A stretch of 64,000 bases of DNA, taken from positions 1,240,001 to 1,304,000 of the forward strand of contig CM039004.1 in the NCBI GenBank assembly GCA_017499595.2, written 5' to 3'. This document shows positions 12,136-24,663 of the stretch, piece after piece. How positions within the stretch are numbered: the first letter of the stretch is position 1; the number at the start of each line of letters is the position of its first letter. The stretch is from Psilocybe cubensis (lineage: Eukaryota). The position numbers and the translations under genes are program-made. The notes under the pieces are model-generated. The model worked only from the letters and a program-made list of their open reading frames with translations, had not been told where the DNA came from and ran no database searches.

Positions 12136-15100
12136 ATGGCCACCATGCTGGAGACACCCTCGCGCATTTGGCGGCGCATTGAAGCGATTGAAGATGAAGA
12201 CATGCCCTCTCTTCCCTCCCTCCCGCCGTTTGAACACTCTGGTATAATTGAGGAAACTACCAGAGAACCCTCGGACCAACCAGACTCCGATGACCAGTTT
12301 GACGAAGACTTTGAGAGCGAGACATCTCCCCTGCAGTCAACACCCGCATCTACCCAACATACAATAACGTCGGCTTTGCGCGCTCCATCCAGTACATCTA
12401 GTACTGCAAGATTCGCGCACTCGATTGCCTCGAGGTCAAATCGATCCGTAAACAACATGACTGCATCGCGCGGTATGTCAAGTCGACGAAGTCACCATGA
12501 TAGCTTTGATATTCCATCGCTACCGCGAATACAGCCCAACTCGGCACCCACAACCCGTCAAGACGAGTCGGATGGAGGGGAGGAGGAGAGCAAGTCAAGC
12601 GTGCCAGAAGTTTATCTCCCCCCGGAAGGGGACGCGGACGATCATGAGCAAGAATACTCACTCACCGATGCACTCCAATCGATCAGCAGATCTAGTACGC
12701 CTCCAATTTCTGCCCAGGTCGGTCGCGAGAACACACCTAAGAAGAATTATGATTACTCTGTTAGTCTAAAGTCAGAACCAAAGGTAATGCCACTAATTTG
12801 CATATATATTGATACCTAACCTATTTCTAGGCCTCCCCTTTTGAGAAATATCGGAATGTAGCTTTACGCAGAACAAATCCGACCAGTGCTCGTATACGAA
12901 CGCCTTCCCTTTCTAGGACATCATCTTCTCAAACAACTTCACCCGCCAACTCTACTCCACAAAGTAACAGATCTGGTCAATTGCCTCGCTCACAGACTGC
13001 TTCTCCTATTTCAGCAAGAGGCATTCCTTTGCCACGTTCTACAACCGCTTCACCGGCGACACATATACGGTCCCCAGAAGGTGATGAAGACCAGTCTATC
13101 GAAGCACCCAACTTCAGCAACGACACCAATGACAATAGTGCTCGGTCAATGGATATAACAGATGTGCACGTGTCTCCACCTCGAGTAGATGGTGAAGATG
13201 GTCAGACTACTGAGGAATCAGAATCTCAGCAAGAAAGCCATCAGGATCTTGGCACATACACTGAGGGATCTCATGATGGACACGAACCTACTTTTTCATC
13301 TGAAGGAGAACCTACACCACATGCAAACAACAGTGCCACGGCACAAAATAAAAGTGCATTTTCATCCCCCTCACAGTCTGTTGCATTTACACCGACTCCT
13401 GCATTTCCCCGACCGAGGGCAAGGTTCGATCTTCCTCCACCGCCCAGCGACCTTTTGACAACTCCTGCGTCTCGAAACCCTGAAGAGGATGAAGACTATG
13501 AACCGCACGGTGATCTTCTAACACCACATACCAGACGCCGTTCGTTCCTGCTCTCTGTCATCAACTCTACAGCGCGCCCTCGGATGAAAGTCCCAACTCC
13601 ACACCCAAAGAGGTTCGGTTCACCTCTAGCCTCTGCCGAGGAATCTACACCCGGTCCTAGTTCTAGCGCTTCCCCTGGGACAAGTTTGCAATCAGCTTTT
13701 GCGGGGGTTACTCCTCGTCCACGCATGGCAGTAGTTAGACGAATGTCGCATCCCTTGTCGCAGGCGGTTACCGCATCTTCGGGATCGTCAGACGGTGCGC
13801 GCAACCCAGCGTCATGGACTACTCCAGCCCAAGCCTCACCCTACGATGGGGTAGCGGACCGCGCATCGTTCATATCTACAGCGTCATCGCATGACTTGAC
13901 AACCCACCAAAGGGCGAACACATCCTTCGACCCGGCTATGGGTTTCGGATCGGGTGCACCTGGACATGGTGTTGGCAGGTTTAATGCTGGGAAGCTGAAC
14001 ACCTACTTACATGGCTTGAACAGGCGGTTACAAGAGGAGAATGAAATTCTCATTGAGAAGATGCGGAAGATGGAAGAGGAAAAGAAGACCGAGCCGTCGT
14101 CTAGTTCCGCTCCGGGTGACACTAGCAGACGATTGAGTGCTGCTAGCCGTAGAGCGAGCGGTGTTGGGACTTCATTGGCCAATGTACAGGATGTACCGGA
14201 GGAAGGGTGGTTAGAGGAGAAGGCAGAGCTGGAGGATATGGTAGAGGCCTTTAAAATCGAAGTAACGAACTGCATGGCGGAGAAGGAGGAGGTCGAGCAG
14301 GCGCTTGAGAGAGAGAAGGCTGAACGTGAGCGAGATATAGTCAGGTGGAAAGAAAGGATGTCAGAAGTTGAACAGGGTGTTTCGGGTATCGTTCAGGGCT
14401 TGGAGCAGAAAGTTATAGAGGCTGAAGAACGGGTAAAGACCGTGGAGCAAGAGGCTGAGCGGCGTATCAAGGATGTAGAGAAGGCTCTTGCGGAGGCACA
14501 AGGAGAAAGAGATGTCGCCACTGAGCGGGCGTCCAAAGCGGAGAGGGTCCTCGAGAGTGGCAAGGAGCTTGGAGGTGCATTGAAGGAGGCAAATGACCGT
14601 GTTGCTCAAGTCATGGGAGACCTCAGAAATGCTAACGCGCAGATCAAAGAGCTCGAAGATGAAGTCATGCATTCTGATGCTAGGATTGACGAGCTGGAGA
14701 AAGAAGCCAAGGAGGACAAGGAAATCATCTCCGGTCTTGAAACTGAACTGACTTCGACGTCTGACGCGTTAGCCGCCGAACGTGCGAAGAGCAAACAACT
14801 TGAAGACACAATCCGTCGATTGGACGAGGAACTCAGGTCCACCAAGGCATACGTTGATGAACTCGAAGAAGGCGCTGGCGATGCCATGCAAAAGATCGAA
14901 CAGCTCGAGGGAGAACTTGAACTGGCGAAGGAGAACATGAAGGTTATGGCTACTTCAGAAGAGCAAGCTTCGCAGGATGTCAAGTCACTTCAAAACGAGC
15001 TCATCAAAGCACAGGAGACAGCGCGACAGATGGAAGATGCCCTTGAAGATGCAGAGCAGAAGATGATGAAAGATGAAGAAGCCCTGGCCGAGCTTCGTTC

Positions 15101-17769
15101 TAAAGTCGCAACACTGGAGAGGGAGCGCCAACGTGAAGCTAGCAACACTTCTCGAGATGTCTCTCGTGGCCCTGTTGAAGCAGGACCTACGGAGGAAGAG
15201 TATCAGGAACTGGAGAAAGAGCTGGATGATGCCGAGAGGGAGATCGCTAGACTGAACGCCCTCCTGAATCAATCACCCGCTCGCAAGGCCATGGACAAAG
15301 CCAAGGATACTAAAATCGAGTTGCTTGAAAGGGAAAAGGAGGAATTGCTAGAGAGAAACAGAGCGTTGAGGATGACATTTAATGAAATGCACACACCCAA
15401 CAAACTCATTAACGCAAGCGGAATTTCACCTATTCATCGACAGGTTCTTTCAATGTCAATTAGGGCTCCGAGGACGCCTGGTGGTCCATTGAGAGACGTA
15501 TGCCAACTTTTACAGTTTAATGTGCAATGACTAACGTGTATTGTAGATGTCGTGGCTGCACACTGCGAATAGCGAGACTTCTGTAACTCCTCTGGTTTCG
15601 GAGATCAACCGTCTTCAAGGCGAACTCGATCGCGCCAATGAAAGTATAGACGACAAGCTTGACAAACTCGAAGATGCAGGGATGGGTGTCGTTGGGCTCA
15701 CCAAAAAGCTTGAGGACGCTCGGGCGAAGATCGTTACCCTGGAAGATGAAATTGCAAGGTTGAGCAGGAAAGAAGACCGACGAGTGCGCAGCCTGGCTCG
15801 AGTAAGATGCCAAAACTGCGACGTCAAAGTCGACCTTCGTCATCTAACTAAGGACAACGACAAGTACGTTTTTTTGTTTTTGCATATCATTCTCAAAGTC
15901 TGAGTGGACGCAACATTTCAGTTCCCTTGATGTACATGAAGATCAACTTCTTGCACAGCCTCCAACGAAGACCAGTGAAGCGCTGAAAGCCAATCTAGAA
16001 TCCGTTAACAAGCATCTCGAAGAGCTCAAGAGCCAATGGGAAGCGGAAAAGAGGGTGCTTTTGGGCGAGAAAGCTGTGTTGGAAGACGCAGCAAACCGTC
16101 TCAATAGCCAAGTCAAGAACACTAAAGAGGAGGCTAGGAAAATTGCCGAGCAAACCAGGGCAGGAGAAAAACTGCGGGCGAATGTTGAGAATGTAAGTGT
16201 TTAAATCTTTTCAAAAAATTGAAGCGCGGTATCAACCAGTTCGTCTCAGGAACTTGAGAGGGCAAAGAGAACCATCTCAGTTTTGGAGAATGAGCTTGGT
16301 TCGGAACGTGCTCGTCTGCGAAGTATGGTTACAGAGCAGGAGCGCATACAAAGGGAGAAAAAACAAATCCTGACGGACCTGACCAGAACAGAATCCGTAA
16401 GTTTTCTCTCTTTCACTTATCACCAAACGTGATAACCTGATGGCACTCTAGGATATGGAAGAGGTCAAACAGCAGCTGCAACGTTTCAAGAAAGAGAATC
16501 ACGAGCTTGAAAAGGAGCTTCGAGGTGGGCTCGACACGCATATATTTTCTCGAGTCGCAACTGCTAATCTGCTAATGTAGAAAATGCTAATATTGAGCAA
16601 AAGGCTCGTCTATTGGAGACTCGTGTTGTCGAGAATGCCGAGACGATTGAGCAGTTGCGACAAGAGCGCGCTCTTTTAGCCGCTGATCATAAAGAACTCC
16701 AGCGCCGCTTCGCTGAAGCTTCTGAGGTTTGTAACCGGTTTATCGTCCAAACCCATCATCTCATTTTTTTGCTCCAGACCGCCAATAATCTCCGCAACGA
16801 ATACGTCGCACATTCTACCTCTCATGACAACCGCCGCCATGAACTCGATCTGCACAGATTGGAAATTGAAGATCTCCGTCGAGCACTTGATGAACGTGTC
16901 ACCGACCTTCATCGAGTGGAGAAGGAGAAAGAGAAGATTGCCTCAGAGAAGAGCGATGTAGCGCGAACGGTTGCCTCCCTTGAAGCTGACCTTAGACGAG
17001 TCAGGAAGGACGCAGAAGCGTTTGGACATGATTTGAGACAGCTTCGTGGGGAGAAGGAGAGGCTGGAGGTCAAGAGCAAAGAGGAGTTGTCCAAAGCGGA
17101 GAGGGCGAAGAAGCAAATGCAAACACAGATTAGGTTGTTAACTGAGCAGTTGGATGGACAAAAAGAGAAAACCCTCCACGCACTGGACCAACTGAAGAGT
17201 CATGTTTGCTCTGCGTGCGTGATATTTTTTTACCTTTTACTGTCGACTATACTGATGACATCTAACAGGGATGCTACTCAGCTTTCCGAATTGAAGCTTC
17301 GGCACAACAAAGAGTGTAAAGGTCTGATGGTGCAGATACGATATTTGAAGGCGAAGTGCACCCGCGAGTCTTCCTTCCGCGATGGCCTGACCTATCAAAA
17401 GAAATATCTGTTGGAGCTCCTTGCTGCATTTGAGAAGAGGTGAATTCAATTCCTTGAGTTACCGGTAGCGAAATACTCACTTTTTGTTGCAGTGAGCGGA
17501 CAATCTTTGCCTCAATAGCCAGGATAGGCTTCCCTGTAGCCAACCCTCCCCCGAAGAGGAAGGTCCATAAGCTCAAGAGTGTGGCACGAATGGTGATATT
17601 CCTGTCGCGCATTAGGTAAATCTTTCGACCTATATTTGATTTCGTCTGTTGATACGAATCATCCTCCAGACAATCAAGTGAGTTGTGGCGACGAGAATGT
17701 GCTTCCAAGAAGGCAATCGCTGCAGCCCTTGATGATGTTCGACGCAGAAGATTAGCAGACTCGCGATGA
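12136..17769 (+). CDS. Pericentrin/AKAP450-like (Pcp1/Spc110-type) spindle pole body coiled-coil protein with C-terminal PACT domain
   Basis: Long Ser/Pro-rich N-terminus and extensive Glu/Lys coiled coil. C-terminal HNKECKGLMVQIRYLKAKCTRESSFRDGLTYQKKYLL...KLKSVARMVIFLSRI is PACT-like. Multiple GT-AG introns; stop TGA at 17767-17769. The start may be 12145. Confidence 0.8.
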
Positions 17770-17974
17770 GTTTTCCAGGTTTCTTGCTGTGATATTTGTT
17801 TTCGTGATTATTATTTCGCTTTGCTCTAACTTGGACGGTGTGTATTCATAGAACCATAATACTATGTACCTCAGTTTATATTCGACTTTGCATTCACTCA
17901 CATACTCCCAATATATTTGCATTGATTATCTTGGACTTCAACTTTGTAACGTAGATGTAAGTATGGATAAATTA

Positions 17975-19084
17975 TCATGGCGAATTGGGTGTTTTATTTT
18001 TGGTTTGCGATACCACTCGAAAAGCGTTTTTAGTGACCAGATATGAGAAACCGCTCCAGATTGTCGTAGTTGCCACAATATATCTATGATGAAAATTAGT
18101 CGAGCGATGTGGAACCGATAGTCAGACCGTGTACGCACTGCAGTCCTTGGAGAGCAAGACCCAGATCGAATGGAAGAATAGGGTTGACGGTGGTGACGCC
18201 CATCAAAACCAGTTGAAGTGTTGTGTTGACCTAATCAAAGGTTATAAAACTCGGGCGAACAGGAAGCAGAAAAAAGGTTGCTAACCTTGCTGATATAAGT
18301 CGGGCGAACTTCAGCTGACGGTAGAGAAACATCCCAGTAACGGACCCATGTTTTCTATCCAATAAAGTATTATGCCATATGCCGAATATTGAGCCGTGAT
18401 GACGTACCGGTGGGGGTAGGGTTGAATATCGGATGTAGAACGCTGAAAGACTAAGAAGTACATCTCTGCCCAGAATTATAACAGCAAGTGGTACTGAGAG
18501 GTTGATGACGCGTAAAATGAGGTTGTCAGCACTTGAAAAAAAGGCATGGCATACCGGGAATAAGATCCTGGTGTGTTAAAGACAGCACCAAGGTTGTCAT
18601 GAGTATTTTGTCGGCAGCAGGATCCAATACAGTTCCAAGGACAGACGACATATTATAACGACGAGCTAGATAGCCGTCTACCTTCAAGACGGGTAAATGC
18701 ACAGGAAAAGGAGGTGGTACTTGATGAGCGTACCGCGTCTGTCAACCCCGCATAGGCCAGCAAACCAGTCGCCAAGTAATAGTTTCCGTCAACTATGGAC
18801 CATGCGAGTATTGGACATGAGCATATACGCGACAGTGTAAGTAAGTTTGGGAGGGTATAAATATTTTCTCGGATTCCGGACTTCTTAGGAGCGTCTGGTA
18901 TTGGTGCATTGTGTTGGAGACGCGTGGATGAAAAGGATCGGGTTGTAGCGGATATTCCGAGGTATTTTATGGTGAAGCAAGACCGTGCAAATGCCTGGCG
19001 GATACATGGTTGGCGTTTGTAGCAGGATGAAGAACGAAAAAGCTGGGATATACGGATAGATTGAATGGAGGTTCTTTGCAGCAT
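17975..19084 (-). CDS. CRD1: Cardiolipin synthase (CDP-alcohol phosphatidyltransferase)
   Basis: Arg/Ser-rich mitochondrial presequence, RENIYTLPNLLTLSR, GLTDA/DG.LAR...GTVLDPAADK motif and KVNTTLQL. The last exon ends ...KTPNSP* at 17975. Confidence 0.88.
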
Positions 19085-20322
19085 CTTCGGAATGCAGCGT
19101 GGGAACTTCAATAATTCGTGCCTTGGTTTAGCCTTGCCAAGCCTTGGTTTGTTCCTTATTTGCCTCCATTGGTCCATGATGACTGCTTTTTCAATTCCGA
19201 ATGGAGCTTTAACAACAACTTAGAAACAGTCCACCTCACTGTACTACCCACTCAAGATATATTGATAAACTTGACTCTGTTGGAATCATAGTCGGCGAGC
19301 GACTTCGTCGCTAAGTCATTATCTTTCTCTTGTAGTTATCTTATCACGTTTTTCTAGATTGTTCTACTATAGGTTCCGTAGTTACTGTAGGTACAACCGT
19401 GTAGCTACGTTGTGAATCTACACCTTTTACCACCACTGCGCACTATACTAACAACAGACTCGAGCTAAAATCTCATCAATAGGATCATCTTCTCAAATGA
19501 ACAATTTTCCTACAACTCTACCTGGCACACCTTTTTCAAACTTTTCAAAAGTCTGTTTCACGAGTCTTCAGTTCCTCTTCGATGATGCGGCAAAGATGTA
19601 TTCGCCTTGAAGAGTAGGGGCTCTCAGATCTTGTCTTACAGAATGCTTCTTGAAGACCCCGCAAAAGCGGCTTACGGGCCTCAAACCTTCAGCATCATAT
19701 AAATCTCATGTTAACATCTTGCAGCGTCAATGTAATGTAATCGTGGTCAGGGGAAACGCATAACGTTCTGCACATGAAAAACAGGTATTTTGAATCCGAA
19801 ATAGAACCGAAGACATGGCAACGAAAACGAGTCTTTGCAAGTCATAAATGTGACGGCCTAACATTCCCTCCGCCCACTGGTCGGGGTTTACTCTTTCCCA
19901 TAGAGTCTCGTTTGTAATCTTGTGCAAAGCTTGTCGGCGGTCGATTCAACAGACAAGATTCATGAATTCGACAACAAATGACTGTAGCATTTGCTGACGG
20001 TAGAAATCGCTATGTCGAGTAATGATTCATTTCACGTCAGTCGCTCACGAGTTTAGGTTTTAGGAAAGTCAAGTTTATTTCGCTCTCATAGCCCTATCAC
20101 ACACCCTTGTGCTTCCGAAGGTACCTGAAATGAATGAGCCTTACACTTCCTGGTTTTCGGCGAGGTTCGCAGAAAGGATCAGAGCATTGAAAACACTACA
20201 TTGTTGCCAACCGTTGTTATTATTTCAAAGTTTGAGACCTACCTGGCGCGTTAAATAGCGTGAAATTGAATACACAGGCATTTTAGGCTATAAGCGACCT
20301 TGCCAATATGATTAGACACAAG

Positions 20323-21286
20323 TTAACGCGACTTTGGTTTGCTCGTCTTCTTTTGAGCTTCCCACTCCCTTCTCCATCTCACCCATTCACCTTCTCGCCC
20401 ACCATCTGCCCATATAGCCCAGCCATCGCGAATTTGTAGCCATACAACAATGGGGTTGTCGAGGATTGACGCTTTTAACCTTCCTAACCAGGAGTTTGGA
20501 TAACGTGTAGGAATGGCCTCGGACAAGATATATACAGTTGAGCCTAGAACGAAACCTATGGCCAGTCCCCAGATTATCTGGTGGGCACTGTGATACCCAA
20601 GGTAGTAGCTGATTCTGCAATTCAGAAAACCTTTCGGTCAAAAGTAAACAAATGCACGAACCGTGAATATGCAACGAGTCCTGCCCATCCCAGCAAAGCA
20701 GCGTACACGACCATCCGCCATATAAAGTCAACTATTTTTGATCCGGTAGAGGAAAATCGATGTCTAGAATAGAGATGTGCAATCAAAAAGGACGCGAAGT
20801 AAGCCATATATTGGCTGTGAGATGAAGGAAATCCGTATCCATTCCCAATGCTTTCTACAAGTAAATCAATGAAAAATGAACATCATGTCCAACGGTATAC
20901 TATTGCGCACCTATTGGTCTTTCCTGTTTAATAATACGTTTAATGATCCAGTTCAGGAGCTCGCCTGCAAACTGGCCTGCCCACATAACGATTATGATGA
21001 ATTCGCGTGTTTGTACAGCTAATGCAGCATACGATGCCTAGTAAGAGAAGGGTGAGGTGATTTCGAACATCGTATACCCTGAATACGCACCATCAGAAGT
21101 ATTGGACTCAGGGTCACAAGTGCCAGAGCAAGTGAGAAGTAGGACGAGTCATCATCTAGTATTGAAGTCAAGCAATAGTAAATGTACTCAGGCCTAGTAA
21201 ACATGGGGAAACGCAGTCAGACAGACTAGCGAGAACATACATAATACATGAGTAAGATCCAAAGATGTTCGTGGACCGTCGCGCAT
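20323..21286 (-). CDS. CAX4: Dolichyl pyrophosphate phosphatase (PAP2 family, Cax4/DOLPP1-like)
   Basis: Spliced MRDGPRTSLDLTHVLY/DDSSYFSLALALVTLSPILLM..., GYGFPSSHSQYMAYF, LVAYSR/...GYHSAHQIIWG (PAP2 C2/C3 motifs). Confidence 0.85.
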
Positions 21287-22587
21287 GCTGGATAGTAAAG
21301 GATACAGTGGTCCCTGGATGTCACCAAATGCGGAGCGTCACCGATTTATTACCACGTGATACAGTTTCTAAAATGGCTGTGTTATATTTCCCACGAACTC
21401 CGCGACTGAGCGCTTTACAGTCGCCAAACGAAGAATGGAACGCTCCTTCGCACTGTATCGCCTTGTATCGCACATACGAACAAATTGGCTTCTTCTACTT
21501 CTCCTTTTACGTAATCAGCGTTCTCGTTGAGGTTTCCCTACTACTTAGTACGGCTTTGAGAGGCATTTTCAGTTGGAAACGCGCAGGATGCGCAGGTCAT
21601 TGTCAACGTGTAAGATCCAATTTGATCGTTCCACAACGGCCCTTCATATTGCAGAACCCAAAGCTGCATTGTGTGGCATGCAATCTATAGACACAGAATA
21701 CGGTTATTTCTCATCCATAACCGCCCTACAAGTGTTGTATTAGTTAGTAGTTACAATGCTGTGTTGGGTACCATGATAGCAAGTGCCCTCAAATGAACTG
21801 TCGCGTTGCACGATAATAAACAGATTCAACAACAAATGAACTGTCGCTCGCTGGTTACGATAAGGTAAGCCAGAGTTATCTAAGCGCCGCTCAACCAATC
21901 GCGATGTATTGCGAATGTGACAAGTATTTGTGACGTATCACAAGCTATACAGTGGCTATGTGTAGTCGCCCCGTTCAAAGGTCCGTCGTATTGTCGCAAA
22001 CTCCAGTTATCATAATGTCATCGATTGTGACTTTGGTTTCCCTTTGATCGAGTCACCAATGTCTGATAAACTTGAAGAGGCTGTGTAACTGATCAAAGGT
22101 GACTATTCCAGTGTACCCTGTGAGTCAAATTTTTAGATTCTTTCAGAAAGCTTCGAGTCTCTAATTGTGAACGTGTTGTAGATCCGGGGATATCATTTTT
22201 GAAGGTTTTGGCCTGCAGGCCACTCAAAACCCAATGCAACCTCCTCCAATCCACCTCCAATGCTCCTAAGCTTGTGCATATTAAACAAGAAAAAAGATGG
22301 CACCAAAGAAAAAAGACAGTTCAATCTCTAGACGGATCGAGGCTTCAAAACTGCGGACAACTAGGCGGTCAAAGGTAAAGTGTAAGAATGACTCGGGGCG
22401 CCTCGCACGCGGCGCTCATATTATCAATTCTTCCGGAACCGCCTTGCTACTCTCGATCGTGCATAAGATTCCTCCTTATGGTCGCCAAAAATACAATTAT
22501 TGAAAAGAATTGAACACTACTTAAAGATGGCCTTGCTCCTCGTGTCACTTACACATTCTCCCCGCCTTCAGTTGCGTAGCGGCTCAT

Positions 22588-24663
22588 ATGGCTTCCCCAC
22601 TTCTCCTTGCCCAGCAATTTTTGTCTGCGGTCACCACCAGTGGCATCTCTGACCAGTACTCAGGATGCATTAACTCTACGGGGTCAAACTCCACACTCTC
22701 GTCAGATGCTACTCAAACGCCTGGGATCCCTACAGATATTTCTTCTTTGATCGGCTTTCTGGTTTCCTTCTCGGCCCTGCGCGATTGGCTGAAACTCATT
22801 GTCTTTGGAAGTGCCTTGGAGAGTTGCAGGCGCCTGTGTTTATATCTCTACACCAAACTCTATAATTCATTCTTCATCACTGCGAGATTCGAGGAAGATG
22901 ATTCTAGTTATGGTGAGCATCAGTTCTATGATACACAAAGTAAATTGACCTATAACATAAATATTGTTTAGACTGGATGATGGTTTGGCTCTCTAAGCAA
23001 CCCTCGTGGAGTGAGTTTTATGTTCTAATTAACGATTTTAATTGCTAACTGAATTTGATGTATAGAAACCGCCCGTGATGTTCAGATTAGCACACGAACT
23101 TTCAACCTCAGTTCAAATGCTGTTATGATTGAAGGAGAAGACGAAGATCCCAATTCCATCGCCCATGGCAATCGTCCATTGGCCTACCTCCCTTCAGAGT
23201 CCACAGTTCACTCTTTTTGGTACAAGCGACGCTGGGTGCGTGTGACCAGGGTGATAAGACAGGGTTACTATAACCGTCGCGAAGAAGTTATCGAACTCTG
23301 GTACGTTTTCGTTGTTACTGTTGCTCGTTCTCTATGTACTTATCATACCTTTTTTCTTGAAAAGCATAATGTCTACCACTCATAAAGTACTCAACGAGCT
23401 TTTGATCGAGGCAAAGAAAACATACCAGGAGGCTCAGCAAAATACTATATCCATCTATAGTTCTGATTGCAACAATAACTGGAATCACATTGCATCTCGT
23501 CCTAAACGCCCCTTGACCTCTATTGTCTTGGACCCAGGTGTCAAGGACCTACTCATCGACGATGCTCGAGACTTCATGGCCAGCAAATCGTGGTATTCTG
23601 CTAGAGGCATTCCTTTCCGCAGGGGTTATCTTCTTGTATGTTGTTTTCGCGCTACGTATCCCATGGGTTTCGACTGAATTTCTTCCTTTGACAGTATGGG
23701 GCTCCCGGATCTGGAAAGACGAGTATCATCCACAGCTTGGCTGGTGAACTCGGTTTGGATGTTTATATCATCTCCCTTTCTCGTTCTCTATTGGACGATA
23801 CTGCCCTCAGTGACCTAATTTCAAATCTACCTGGTATGCTTTATCGTTTTCATTTTGGGGCGACATGACTTAGAATATTTTTTCTAGAGAAATGCATTGC
23901 CCTAATGGAGGATATTGATGCTGCCTTCAACCAGACCTTACATCGCGATTTGGATCCCGAAGATGATAAAGAAAACCCGGAAGAGGATGATGAAAAGAAG
24001 AGCCAGGCGTCGACTCCATTTGCCCCCACAACGAGCAGGGTTACTCTCAGCGGTCTTCTAAACGCACTTGATGGCGTTGGCGCACAGGAAGGACGTATTC
24101 TATTTGCAACTACGAACAAGTACTCTGCTCTTGACCCTGCTCTCTGCCGGCCTGGACGCATGGATATCCATATTCACTTCAAATTGGCGAGCAAATTTCA
24201 AGCCCGGGAACTTTACCGTTGTTTCTACCTTCCTGACTCTGAAAAAGAAGAACGCGAAGAAAATGAGAAGAAGGCGATCGATATAAAGGCAAAGCCGGCT
24301 GATGATTCCGGATACACATCTGTCGACGAAAAGACCACCCTCCTATCATCATCCTCGTCGTCAGATGCTGGTTCTACCGTATCTTCTGACCCCGAGCCTG
24401 TCATTTTCAACGGCAGCTCACACCGTGCTCGTGGACCTCAGCTGTCAGCGGCCGAAGTCGCGGCTCTCGCTATGCAGTTTGCCGAGATCATTCCAGAACG
24501 CGAGTTCTCGATGGCAGCTCTTCAAGGATACCTTATGGCATACAAAGTTCGTCCTTTTGAAGCCATTAAGGATGCACCTGCTTGGATAGAAAAAGAGCGA
24601 CATGAAGCTGCGAAGAAGGCTGCGAAGGCCAGCAAAAAGACAACCCCTTCCGATAATGTTTAG
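22588..24663 (+). CDS. BCS1-like AAA+ ATPase
   Basis: RPKRPLTSIVLDPG, WYSARGIPFRRGYLL/YGAPGSGKTS (Walker A), MEDID (Walker B), VTLSGLLNALDGV and DPALCRPGRMD. Confidence 0.92.
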
